Assembly (NCBI GenBank): GCA_036867785.1
Contig: CP145418.1
Coordinates: 124,001-188,000 of the forward strand
DNA length: 64,000 nucleotides
Direction: 5' to 3'
Source: Plasmodiophora brassicae
Lineage: Eukaryota
Both the position numbers and the translations under genes were made by a program. The notes under the pieces are model-generated. The model was not told the DNA's origin. It did not search any database and worked only from the letters and a program-made list of their open reading frames with translations. Shown here piece after piece: positions 22,333-34,900 of this stretch. The number at the start of each line of letters is the position of its first letter. Position 1 is the first letter of the stretch.

Positions 22333-24269
22333 TCACAGCCGGGCTTCATATTCGTCCTGCTTGGGATTGACGAGACGTTCGGTGGCAAAGATCAAATGGG
22401 GTTTCTCATCCGCGAGCCTCAGAATAAGCTCCCCGAAGAGCGAGTTCGCCCAGGAAAACCTGAACAAGCAGCACTCAGGTGACGATGCAACAGTTGTAGC
22501 CGGGGACCCAAACCGACCAAGGGCGGGAAAACTTGTGGCAGTCGTCCTTGTCAAAGCTTTCATGCATAAAGAACGTGCCGGCAGTGGTACTCCTCAGCGT
22601 CTGAAGGCACGTGGCGATCTCTTCGTCGTCATCACTAGTCAACGCTTGGACGATGATGCCCATTGGCCAGATCTGCCCCATCCCAACGTGGGGACCGCCA
22701 ACCCCGGCTCCTGCGCTGCCTGAGAACCAGTACGGATTATGTGACGAAAGTACACGAGCTCGTGTCGCTTTGTATAAAGCTGACTGTGTGGTCACGAACC
22801 TACAGGTGAGGCGTGCTGTTAGTGCCAATACCAGAAGTATGGTCTCCGGGTGTTTCACCCTAGGAGTGGTAGGCTGAGCAGGCTCGGGATGTTGGCGTCA
22901 TCCATGAAGACGTAATTCCCAAACCCATCGACCTCGTACGCGTAGTACTGGCCTTGAACTGTGCCGTGCTGATCAATAGCGTCAGCAATCTCCCCAGACA
23001 GTAGAACAGCGCGTGATGCCAGTCGAGTCGCCTCAGCGTTGTCGCCATAAACCGTTAGCAGCAAGGCTGACAATTTTCTCAGCTCAACACATGCCATTGC
23101 GTTTGAAGGAATCTGCAACCTCTTGAGCAAACCCGTCATTAGAGTGTGCGCCCGTTCAGCCAGGACGTACCGAGAACGGGAACGTATTGCTGTCGTCACT
23201 CGGGCGGAAGTAGCATTTACTCATCCCTGTGTCGCAGTTAGGTCAATATAGTCGAGAGGTTACAGCGGTGCACGTGCCTGTTCGCTTTCCAGGAGCCCCG
23301 CGTCCCTGCAGCATAAGGGTGTCTGTGGCCACGGCTACATGACCAATCATCAGTTATCGCAGTACGCGTTTGGTTGTGAAAAGCACTGGTTACTTGTCTC
23401 TCGCTGAAATAGGTAGGTAGCGTCGTCAACATTGTTGGCTGTAGAGCTCTGCTCGTTGGTGATCGTGTCGACAATGGTGGTGGCCGCTCTCAGGAATCGA
23501 TTATCATTCAACGTGAAACAGGTCCGATCAGACGTGGACGCGTAGTACTGGTTCGCCAGCTTAAGCACAGCGGCAAGGCTGTCCAGCTCTGGGGGGGCGC
23601 GCGCGCAAACCCTTCAGCATTTGGAATGAGGAATTCAGCACGCGACATGCGCACCGTATTTCCCCTCGAAGACGATGTCGGACATGGGTGGCCGGCGCTG
23701 GTCCCTCGACCAGCCGTGCCCAGAAGCGTTCGCGTTGAACGCATTCGCATACGGGTCGGCGACGACCATCTCAGCTTGGCGTTGAATGACGCCGCAGAGC
23801 ATTCTCCGAAGGCGCCCATCTTCCCTCGCGAACCTCGTATACGGCAGCACCTGGTTCGTGGAATCGCGAAGCCACATGGCCTCGATATCGCCCGTTATGA
23901 CGAACGTGGACGGCGTGTCGTCGTTGAAGTCGAGCACAGTCGTGTCTATATCGCGAAGTACGTTTGTACGAGGTTGGGCCCACAGCACCCGGCGTCGTAC
24001 CCAGCGTATTCGGAAGGCAGTTTGTGAATATTCGAGCGAGAACGCGGTCGCGCATGCGCCCCGCTATGTCATGGATTGCCTGCAGGGCCAGGGTGTCACG
24101 GCCGCAGAACCACATTGCGGAACACGGCACACACACACACACACACCTTCTCGACGGCATCGCTGACGAAACGCCTGTCCTCGGGCGCCGGCCGATCATC
24201 GTCGACGGCACCCGCGCCGGCCAGCACGCTGCCGACGAGAACGACACCGAGCAGACGCATGATCGTCAT
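22333..24269 (-). CDS. Secreted GH125 (DUF1237) metal-independent exo-alpha-1,6-mannosidase-like protein (multi-exon)
   Basis: Signal peptide MRLLGVVLVGSVLAGAGA; TFVITGDIEAMWLRDSTNQ, DPYANAF, YAYEVDGFGNYVFMDDANIPSLLSLP, GVGGPHVG..IWPM, FMHESF, FSWANSLFGE. Confidence 0.92.
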
Positions 24270-24460
24270 GCAATGCAACGCACAGCCGACCGCGGATGAC
24301 GACGAGCGACCCGCAGAACCAAAACGTGTGACACGTCGGTGCTGCTGGCCAAGTTGGCGGCGCGAGTGTCGCCCCGGCCAAACGGTTCAACACATATGTC
24401 AAACAATGGTTTTTGTGGTATATAGCCGGTCCCGCAGCCTGTTAATACTGCCTGTGCCTG

Positions 24461-24540
24461 AACCGTCGTCAGTGGAACAACAGCAGACTCTCGGTTGCCG
24501 AACCGTCGTCAGTGGAACAACAGCAGACTCTCGGTTGCCG
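24461..24540. repeat. Perfect 40 bp tandem duplication (2 copies)
   Basis: AACCGTCGTCAGTGGAACAACAGCAGACTCTCGGTTGCCG at 24461-24500 and 24501-24540. Confidence 0.97.
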
Positions 24541-24645
24541 GCCCGGCAAGGGCGGGGCATCGATCCGACGTCATTAAAAACGGGTTCATTTATATCGCAC
24601 ACGGTCGGACGTGGCCTGATCGACGGGCCGGGGCGATCATGCGGT

Positions 24646-25383
24646 CTAGCTGCTGGGGCAGAACGTGATGCGGTAGTTGCTGCCCTGCGATTGGCATGTG
24701 AAGGTCGACGACAGGTCATCGTACGCGTAGCTGTACGCGGCGGGGCAGGCGGACTTGAACAGCTGCGAGTACGGGAACGGCGGGCAACGATCCGGCGTCC
24801 CGAACGCACCGCGGCAGCAGAACTCGTCGGTGTTGAACTTGTTGCACGCGCTGTTGCAGGCGACGGTGCGCCCGTTCTGGACCACGGCAAGCTCTCCGGG
24901 GCAGAACGCGTTCAGGTCCCGGTTGCATCCTGCACGGCCGCAGCGGTACCCTTGGCCTTGGTATGCGGTTGGCTCCATCGCCATCGGCAGGTTGTACCCA
25001 TCAACGAGACTGATGTCGTAGAAATCGGTGCCGGCGGCGTCAAACGTGATCTCCGCTAACGTGACGGGAGGAATGCCACCGGCGCCAGCACACTGTGTGC
25101 CGCGGGCACAATCTCCAGTAGCGCATCCGGCGCCGTCCTGGTTGCAGCCGGTACGACCCCAGAAACGGCCGCTCCACCCATCGCCGACCTGCACAGTCTT
25201 CGATTCGCCTGCAGGCAGCACGAAACCGCCGTTCTCGGGAATCGTCGGACGCCCTAGGGCCCCAACCCACACCGTGTCCTGGCAGCGGTTCTCAACGGTA
25301 ATCTCGTGCCCGTCGCTGAACGCAACGACGGCCAAGCTCATAACCACGACAGCCTGCCGGACCATATTGCCGATCGTCATCAT
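24646..25383 (-). CDS. Secreted thaumatin-like protein (PR-5 family)
   Basis: ITVENRCQDTVW, WSGRFWGRTGC, CATGDC, PPVTLAEITF, DFYDISLVDGYNLPM, YSQLFKSACPAAYSYAYDD, YRITFCP; signal peptide; intronless. Confidence 0.96.
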   Translation of the reverse strand: MMTIGNMVRQAVVVMSLAVVAFSDGHEITVENRCQDTVWVGALGRPTIPENGGFVLPAGESKTVQVGDGWSGRFWGRTGCNQDGAGCATGDCARGTQCAGAGGIPPVTLAEITFDAAGTDFYDISLVDGYNLPMAMEPTAYQGQGYRCGRAGCNRDLNAFCPGELAVVQNGRTVACNSACNKFNTDEFCCRGAFGTPDRCPPFPYSQLFKSACPAAYSYAYDDLSSTFTCQSQGSNYRITFCPSS

Positions 25384-25930
25384 TGCGACGCCTTCCTCGG
25401 TGGGTAATGCTCCGATGTTTCGATCCGATGCTACGACAGCAAATAGCAGACTGGCTGGCAATCGGTCGGCAATCTCGCATTGCGAGACCTTTGCGGCACC
25501 GGAACAGGTATTTTACCTACGCCGGGCCGGAACGTTCTGGCACACCTGATGACTACCATCCAGAGTGTTCTAGACGAACCTCGTTGCACTCGAACGACGC
25601 CCGATATCGTATTCTTTCACCTGACGCGCGCCTCACGCTGCGCCTCACACCGCAGGCACTTGCCGCAGGGTATTCCCCGGGTGACGATCTCTTCAGACGA
25701 CCGGCCCTAAGCCGCACTCCTCGTCGGGCAGGTCCGACCCAGGTCCCATCAGAAGCCGGCAGCGGCCGACGCCGACAATAGCAATCGCCGATACGCGGGC
25801 GGCACCGCGTCGCGAGTTTGAAATCGGACCTGTGCAAGTCGCCCGACTGATGACACCCGGCCCACTGTTGCTCGCGTAGATTCTCATGTGACCGACATAA
25901 TTTATCGCGCGACGTTCGCTCCCCAATCAA

Positions 25931-28900
25931 TCAATCTCCCTTAAGTGTGGCCGACTCGGCCTCTGGCGTCTTGCCATCGCCGTCGTTCGTTTCAGCGACG
26001 GCCCTGCTGGGCTGTGCGCCTCCGTCGTTCGCCGACGTTGCCGCCGCCGCATCGCCTGCTGTCGCCTTGATCGCATCCAGCTGGCGCTGGTAGATGGTCA
26101 GTCGCGCGCCATCCAACCAGTACTGGATCATCTGGTCGGTGATGTTGCTGACTGGACCGACGACGTTCTTGTCGCCGGCATCCAAGCCGGCGAACTCCAC
26201 ATCGCTCTCGCTGCTGGACGCCTCTACGACCGATTGCGCTTGTTGTTGCCATTCGCCAGACGCCTCACGCCGCTTCGCGATGATCATCAGCCGGACCATG
26301 TCCAGCCACAGGCCATAGATCTGCGCCGAGATAGGCGACACGGTGATCGACTTCGCCGCTGTCTTCACCACGTTCTCGTAATCGTCGGCCGAATCCTCGT
26401 CTGACGACAGCGCGGTCGCGTTCGCCTTCATGTCGGCCTGGAACGCAGGCGCGTTAGCGCCATCATTGGCAGTCCCACGCGCCAATGCAATTGTTACCTC
26501 GCGCTTGCGCTTGGTGAGTATGTCGCGAACCGTCTGCAACCACATGATGGCAATCGTTCGGGCCGGCTGGCTCATCCTGGTCAATGCGTCGCGCAACGCC
26601 TCCTGAACACGCGAGCACACACACACACACGTTCCGTATGAGGTGGGACCGATCGCGACCCGGACGCAACGTACCTGTTCGTCGATGCAGCGCTTGCAGA
26701 CAGCAGCGAACTCGGCGCGCGAATCCAGGTAATTCTTCCACTTCGACAGGTCGATGCTGCCGGGCGCCGTCACCTCGTCCATGTGGTGGTACCTGTTGAC
26801 CAGGTGGTCCATGTCGGGAGTGGATTCCTACGCAGCGTTCGTTCAGAACAGGCCAGCGTTGCGGAGCAGATGCCGTCACGCTACCACTTGGACAGTGTCT
26901 CGGGAACCACAGTGGCTGCACACGCAACCATGACTGTCCAGCCAGGCCTCGGCGATGTTCCTGAAATGAACGCGCAACCGCATCCGCCACCGGACAATGG
27001 CAAGCCAGCCGCCACCGATCTGACGACATCATGTTAACGTGCACGCCAGATGCAGACGACCATCGTATGGAGCGTACCTTGCGCCCGGTTTCGTTGATGC
27101 CAGCGTATTTGAAAGCTTTGAGCGCTTCTTCGAATTCGTCGCCACTGGACGAATCGCTGCTGACGACGACGACCTCCTGTTGTTTCTCCGTCTTGCCGAC
27201 GAGCAGGACGCGACCGAGTTGGGCGAGCGCCCGCGACCGATCCCGACGAACGTTCCTCGGAGATACAATCTGCTCGACGGGGCCAATTCAGGACGGATAA
27301 TCGAGGGAGCGCGCTCGGCACCCGAACCTCTTCGAGGTGTAGGACGAGCCACACCCGGTTGAACTTGATGAAGTCGTCCCTGAAGTCGCTGTCCAGCAGG
27401 CGGGGCGTCTCGATGCGTCGCATCTCGGCCTGCAGCTGCATCTTGGCGACCGCGGCCATGTGCTCGATCTCCTCCCAGTCCGTGATCTTCATCTGTGTCC
27501 CCATCAGCCAGTCAGCACCACCTGCAGCAGCACGGACATATATATGGCAGTGCGCCCTAATCCACCCGACCTTCTTGCTGTCGCGCTTCACCCGGGGACT
27601 GTGACGACTACGGACGCGCCACAACCCGACGATATCGGCCAGGAATCGGCAGAGCTTGACGATGACGATGCCGATGAGGAAGGCGATGGTGATGACGATC
27701 GGGTAGACTGGGTCGCCGAACACGTTGAAGTTGAGGCGTACCTCTGCTTCGACGCCGACCGCGACCATGATCATACCGCAGGCGCCGACAAAGACGGACA
27801 GGCTGTACTGCGAGGAGAACGCCATCTGGTGGATGGAGCGCAGAGGTTCGGCAATGCCCATGTCCATGCTGGTCTCGCAGGCGCACCAGCGCTGGTCCCG
27901 AGCCTGGAACGCGAACTGACAGTATTTCAGGTAGGCCGTGATCCGGTACCCATGGAACAGCTCCAGGATGTTGACCACGAACGCGTTGTACACGACAACG
28001 AACGGGATGATCATGGCAGAGAACATCAGGTAGTATCTGAGATTATCCTCTTTGATCGAGTACGTGATGGCAATCTGAGGACACACGGGGGCATTAGACG
28101 GGCTCCTGACGGGACCGTCCGATTAACGTGCCTGTGTCTGCGTCCGGAACAGGATGAGCAGTGTCAACGTCAGAGGAGCGAGCCCCAGGTAAATAACTGT
28201 GTTGACGTGGTCGCCGTAAGCGTCGATCAGAGGTTCGACGACTTCGTCGTTGTCGTTCTCGTCGTCTTCCGGTTCCTCTTCCTGCCCCGATTCCAAGCCC
28301 TCCTCGAGGTTGTCGCTCACGGAAAGACCGAGCTTTCGTTTCCTGAGCAGTTGGTCAGGCGGACATGGCGCTCACTGCCGAATCGCGATGAATCACCGTT
28401 CTCGTTCGGCTAGGACCGCTCGGCGTTTCATGTGGACGTTGAATGCCTTCCGGAATCGTACCAGGAGCTTCTTCACAGCCTCGAACAGGTACACCTGCAG
28501 GGGGACCACGTACAGGACGTTGGCCGTATCCAGGAGGACGTCGGTCACGAAACCTACGAGGACCCGTTAAGTCCAACGCTGTAGAGATCTCGCCTGGCGA
28601 GCCCACCAATCATGAACTCTGTTAGATCCGGGGCCCCCATCTTCATCACGAACTGTATAGCACCCAGCATGGTCTACGACCGGCACAGCATTTACGACAC
28701 ATGCGACGCATCGTACTCGGGTCGGCGTACCTGCGACGGGCCGACCAGCAGCGCCTCCTTGAACATGGCGCGAAGGCCGTAGTTGATGAATGGTGTCATA
28801 AACTTGAGGACGACGATAATGGCGAGCGTGTTCTCGCTGCACAGGCACAACAGTTACGTTGACGATTCGCGCGCACAGTCGCGCTCGCAACGTACAAATA

Positions 28901-31900
28901 GAATCTCGAGTAGCTGAACTCGATCATGCAGACGCCGACGATGCTGACGAGCATACAGCAGGAGATGTAGTGCACGCGTTTCCAGTAACGTGGCGCCCAA
29001 CTTTCATCCTCTGCGGCGTTATGGACTTCCTCTACCGACGCCTCGAACTGCTCCTGCTTGTGGTCGTCAGCCGTAAAGCGCCGGAAACGACGCACCTGAG
29101 ATGACGTGAGTGACTCGACGTCCAACGACAAGGACACGGTGCAGAAAACCTTTCGTGGAATGAACATTTGCGAACTGATCCCGATCAGGTACATGCCCAG
29201 CGCCGTCAGCGCCAGGGTCAACCGACCCGATTCAAACTGAGCGCCCGTCGGGCTCAGCGGGTCCACCGGTGTGAAATTTGTGAACGTTCCGGAAAACCCT
29301 TGGAAGACATCTACCTCGGCCGAGGCGTTAGAACGACGATATAGTAATAGGCCACGGGCGGTCCAGCGTTACTCCGATCGATGAAGATGAACTTCAGGGT
29401 GACAATGGCCAGCAGCAGCGGCGGTGCGATCAGCGTGAGCGCAATCAGCGGTGGACCTTCTGAGGCGCGCAGGAAATCCGACAGCAGAAGCCGGGACTTG
29501 AACTTGACGCGCGACGTGAGTTTATGGATGGTCCTGTACATTCCCGGGGTCAGTCGTTCAGGTGCGAACTGACATCGTATACAAGCGGGACGCTGTCCCC
29601 CAGGACTAGCAATTCCTCCTGTAGCTCAGTTGGCAGAGCGCCTGACTGTAGATTCCACTGTCATCGGGCGGTCCCTGGTTCGACTCCGGGCGGGAGGAGT
29701 TTCACCGCTATTTTTGGCCCGGAGTCGAACCACCGCTATTTTTGGTGGGGAACAGCGTCCCGGGATCGCGATTTACCGACCAGTAGACGACTCCAGCCGC
29801 GCAAAGCCCGGTTCCAATGACCAGGTACAGGATGACGTAGACGTCGGAGCCGAATGCGAAGTTGTTCACCAGCTCCGTGTACTGCAGCGGTTCCATGACG
29901 ACCTGGTTTGTAAAGCGCAACGCTGTCAGTTGGCAGTTGCGACTGCCCACCGGTCGTATCTGCATGTACCTTGAACTGGTAGGCAGACTGCGAGTAGTTC
30001 GTATCGAAGCTGTTGAACTGCAGCTTGGCCGATATAATCTTCTTTGTGTAAGCGTCCACCTGCTGGTACGCGACTGTGAACGTCACTTCGCGCGGCACTT
30101 TCTGGGTATTGGAGTCCGGATCCAGACTGGATGCCAAGACAGGTACGAGATAGTCGTTGCCGAGCTGAGGCACAAGGGACCCAACTGCGCGAACCGGTCA
30201 GCAGCATGCGGTGTTATCAATCTGACACAGCATCCGCCTACGTAGACTCTGCGGGCCTGCCGCGATCGTTGGGTACGGCACGGCCGTCTGCGTGATGTAG
30301 AACACCGGCTGCTCCTTGTGGCTAATCTGCAGGACAGCACCCACGGTCAGCACACGTACCGCATCGTGAAGGCGCCTCCCCCGTGGCCGTACCTGGTACC
30401 AGCGCGGGTTCGTGCTGGATACGGACAGCGGCTCTTCGTATATGCAATCCATGACGAGATCGCAACGATCAGCGACCGCCGACTGGCCGAATTGGTACGC
30501 GCTGATAGGGCGCGTCTCCTGCCGAACAAATCAGGTCGCTGGCAGTGGATACAACAGTGTACGCCCGCCTGCCTCAGGGGGCACCAGCGTGCAGTTCGGG
30601 TGCTCGAACAGCTGATAGAAGAAGGCGTACGAGTCGAAGTCGCGGCACTGGGAGATATAGGGCATGATCGGGTTCGCGAAATAGTCGTCGTTGTTCGCCT
30701 GCACATGCGACAGCGATACGAACACGTCGGCGAAGTTGTCGCCGACGATCGGGTTCACTTCCACGCTAGGCTGTTTGCCATCGTCGTTAGGGCAGCCGTT
30801 CGTCACCAACTGGGGTGCCATGCTCTGCCTTACCGTCGCGTTCCACGACGAATAATACAGCGAGTATTGCGGTGGAGTCGTATCTACGATGAAGAAATTG
30901 TCTTCGTCGGGTCGCGGCAGGTTCAACGGCAACTCCAGCTGCGCGATCCAGGTGAGATCACCATAACGGGGAACTGGTTGCCAGCGCGATTACCCCAAGC
31001 GTAATCGGCAGCAGCATACAGAAGGCGTCCCTGGTGCCGAAGTGGGCACGATTCGGCCAGGTCCGGGACAGGGACGTCGTGTTGACGAACGACATGGCGG
31101 CATCGAGGTACCGCCCGTTAATAATCTCGATACGTATCGTGAAGTGGACGGGCATCGTGTCGAGGATCTTCAGTTGCAGATGGCTGCGTTTGTCCAGGGA
31201 CGGGTCACCGTACCCGGCCGGCATGCGGCGCCGCTTCGTCGCGCCCTCGTGCTCGTAGATCGACACCTGCCAGTCGACGCCATACCTCAAGTTCGTGAAG
31301 ATGCCCGAGAAGTTCATGTTGATTGAGATCGTGTCCAGCGGCTCCATATTGACCACCCTGCTCACGATGTCAGCACCTGGGCGCTTCCACCACTGCGAAT
31401 CCGTTGCCGACCAGTAGTCAACCGGGCCGACGATATCAAGCTGGATGCCATCGTAGACTTCAGATGGGTCCACCGGCGAGAACGCGGTTGCTGGCCCATA
31501 ATTCGGTATGACCGTGCAATTGTCAATGCTGATCGAGTTCACCGGGCTGTGCGTGCCGAGCGGGCACACCTGCGAGTAGCGAACGTTTACGGTGCCATCG
31601 GGCAAGGGCGTGCGCACCGTGAAGAAGTCACAGGGCTCGGTCGTGACCGCCGGTCCTGGCGGGCTGGTGGGTGTTGCACAGACCGTCCAGAGCTTGTCCC
31701 AGACGGTCGTCAGATCGCCGGGGCGTACAATGCTGCTGTTCAACGGGAGCTGCTCGTAGACCACCCGGCCGTTGCTGTCGATGCCAGTCTTGTTCCGATA
31801 CGTTCCCAGCGGGCAGTATCGGTTCTTCGGGCAACTGTACAGGTCGCGAAGCGAGTACGGCGTGCCTTCGACGCAGATGTACCCGGCCGGGCACAGGAAC

Positions 31901-34900
31901 TCGTACATCGTGCTGTACGTCGTCGCCGCTGGGCACGCGTACCCAGCTGGGCACAACGCGTCGAACTGGATGGCAGGGTAGGTACCTTGCCCACATACGT
32001 ACCTAGACATCGCGATCAGCACCAGAACAGGTACCTGGCGTGGACCGTTGCGCGTTACCCTTCCAGGCATTTCGTCGCCTGCGACAGTTGCCACATGCCG
32101 GTGACGCCACAGACGTACCCGGACGGGCAGGGGTCACAGAGCGAAGGATCGACCAGGCCGAGAACGTCGGACCAGGTACCTGTTCAGGGGCGATGATCAG
32201 GAACGGCCGTTCATGTTGGGGCGTCGCGCATTCAGTATTGTACCAGGCGGGCAGGGCATGCAGGTGACGTCGTCCACCTGGGTGCGGTAGTACCCGCGAT
32301 CACACACAACTGGCCGGATCATGCCGAACGCTGGGCACCTGGCAACCAAGCCGTCAGCACGTGACCGGCGCCGCAGCCAACGGAATCGACACTGACTTGT
32401 ATCCGGAAGGGCAGGATAGGCATTGGGCCGCATTGGGCGTAGACGAGAACGTCCCGGGTACGCAGTCGAGTGGGCGGAAGTTGCCAACCTTCATCGAGTA
32501 CTGCCCGGGGACGACAGCGACGGGCGCCGTCGACCCAGCTGGACAGTACGTTCCCGGCTGACAGAACCCGCTGCCGTAAATGTCGGATGACCCCTCCTGG
32601 CAGTACGTCCCTGCTAAACACGGCTGCGGAGCATCGGGTACGTCAGACATCAGGAATTGTTTCGGCTGTTGACCGTATCGACGAACCTGTGCGAACGTGA
32701 AGTTCCAAACGGCGACCTGGGCCGTCTGAACACCCTCCCAGCAGAAGGTGCCCGGCGGGCACGGCGTCGCAAACCCTCCTTGGCAGAAATGCCCTGCGGG
32801 GCATTCCTGCGCCTCGTCCTGCTGCCCGATGCCTTCGCAGAGCAGGCCGGGAGCACACAGCAACGGTTGTACCATGCCCGACAGCGGGCAGATGCTTCCT
32901 GCAGGGCACATGACGCAGACCGGGTTCCCTGTCGTTGCTGCGAACGACCCCCTAGAAACGAACGCGATCAGCGCATCGTCGTGGCCCCGTTGAAGCAACG
33001 TGCACGGGTACCTGGGACACGGGATCGGCACGCCGTTGCCAAGGCCGGGGCAGTAATGCCCAACAGGGCAGGGCACGAGAACGGTCCCCGGCGTCGGCGA
33101 GTAGAACCCTGGCGGCGTCCCCGGCCCCTCGGGCCTGAAATTCCCTGGGCCGCAATTGGCGCCCAGCTCGCAGGGCACCTGCTGCCCTGGCGCCGTCCCC
33201 GGCACACAGTACGACGCGTTCGGGCACAGGGACGGGATCTGCGACGCGACATCGCCGCCCGTGAACGGGTACATGTAGAACGTCCCCCGGGGGGCGACGC
33301 TGGGCAACGCGAACGTCGGCGCCGGCTGCACCAACGACGGCACCAGCGTGTTCCCGGCGCACACGACACCGGCTGGGCACAGCATGGCCGGGTCCGCCGG
33401 TGACCCGACGGTGCAGACGAACCCGGGCGGGCACGGGACCGGTGTTCGCGTCCCGTAGTCTGGGCAGATGAACGGGGCCGGGCAAGAAATGCATCGCGAC
33501 TGGCCGCCCTCCGGTTGGTACGTCCCGGGTGCACACGCCGTGAAGTTCCCGTCGGTGCGGTGGTCGGTGCATTTCGCACCGGCCGGGCACGGGTATTCCG
33601 ACCCTGCAACGCACATCCTCCCTTGTGGGCACTGGAACGAACACCGGGTGTCAGCACGACGCCCCGACGCCAACGATCGCGGGGACGTACCGGGACCGTG
33701 AACGTGAACGGGAGAGCCAGATCGGGCGCGTGCGTCAGCCCGATGTGAATGCCGGACGACTGCAGCGGTGCGGGGAACGTTGTCCCCGGAGGCACGTGGC
33801 ACAGGATCAGGTTCGGTGACAGGACCAGCGTCCACAGCAGGGCTTGCGTCTCCACGACAATGCAGCGCGTTAGGCTCGCATTGTAGACGCCCGGGCCCTG
33901 CACGTCGTCAGGTTGCGTTGCCATCGACCGAATCCATCCTGGGCACTTACTTTGATGAAGACAGCGCTGGCACCGCCTGACGACGCGGAGGACGACGGGA
34001 ACAATTGGGCGGCGGCGACGGCCGCATGGTACTCGAACAAGACGGTGGGCGGGTTCGGTCCGGCGCCAATCACGTCATAGAAGACGTTCACGTGGACGAG
34101 GCCCGGGCTGGCGACGGACGGGCTCGTGCACACGACCGTGGTCTGGTTCTGGACGAACCCGACCGACGACGGCTCGGATCCGAACTGACACATGACCGGG
34201 ACGGAATCGGCGACGAACAGAGGCGTGGCGACCGTGACGGTAACGCGCGTCCCGCCCAGGATCGGGCCCAGGCTTGGCGCCAGTTTGACGATCGCTGGTT
34301 GGGGCCGCCATGCCAACGTGAACCCGCTCGGCCAGTATTGCTGGCCGTTGAACGAGATCGACAGGTTGTACGTACCAGCGGCCATCGAGGCGGGGGACGG
34401 GCACCGTATTTCGTTACTTCTGACAACCGTCGCTGTTGTGCCCAGCGTGCGGTTGAACCGGCAGATGACTTCGTTGGGTTGCAGAGCGGGCGACAGAAGG
34501 TTCTGCCCACGGATGGTGAGGGCGGGACCCTGTGTGCCGGCATAGAACAGGACAGGCGAAGCGCTGGTGACAATCGGAACAGGGTCGTAGGTGAACGTCA
34601 ACGACCCGTACGGCGACTGAACGCCGACGTTAACGACGTCGACGGTGGCGACGGCCGCAAACGGCGTCGGCGGCGAAGTGCACGTCTGCACGCTCGTGGA
34701 GACGAACGTCAACGGGAGGAGCTGATCGGGCTGCAAGTCGACATGGAATCGACATCGCAGCGACGACGAATTCGTGACGTTGTGCCCTGTGAGCGTCACT
34801 ACCGTGCCGCCCCCGACGGGACCGTGCGCAGGCGCCAGCACGCCAACCGCGGTGGCCTCCAGGCTGACCTGGTACAGGAACGCTTGCGACGTGCTGAAGT

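Noticed and set aside
25931-26812. Stand-alone 293 aa gene
   Set aside because: It splices in frame (TVQV|ESTPDMDHL) to upstream exons, so it is treated as the end of the giant gene.
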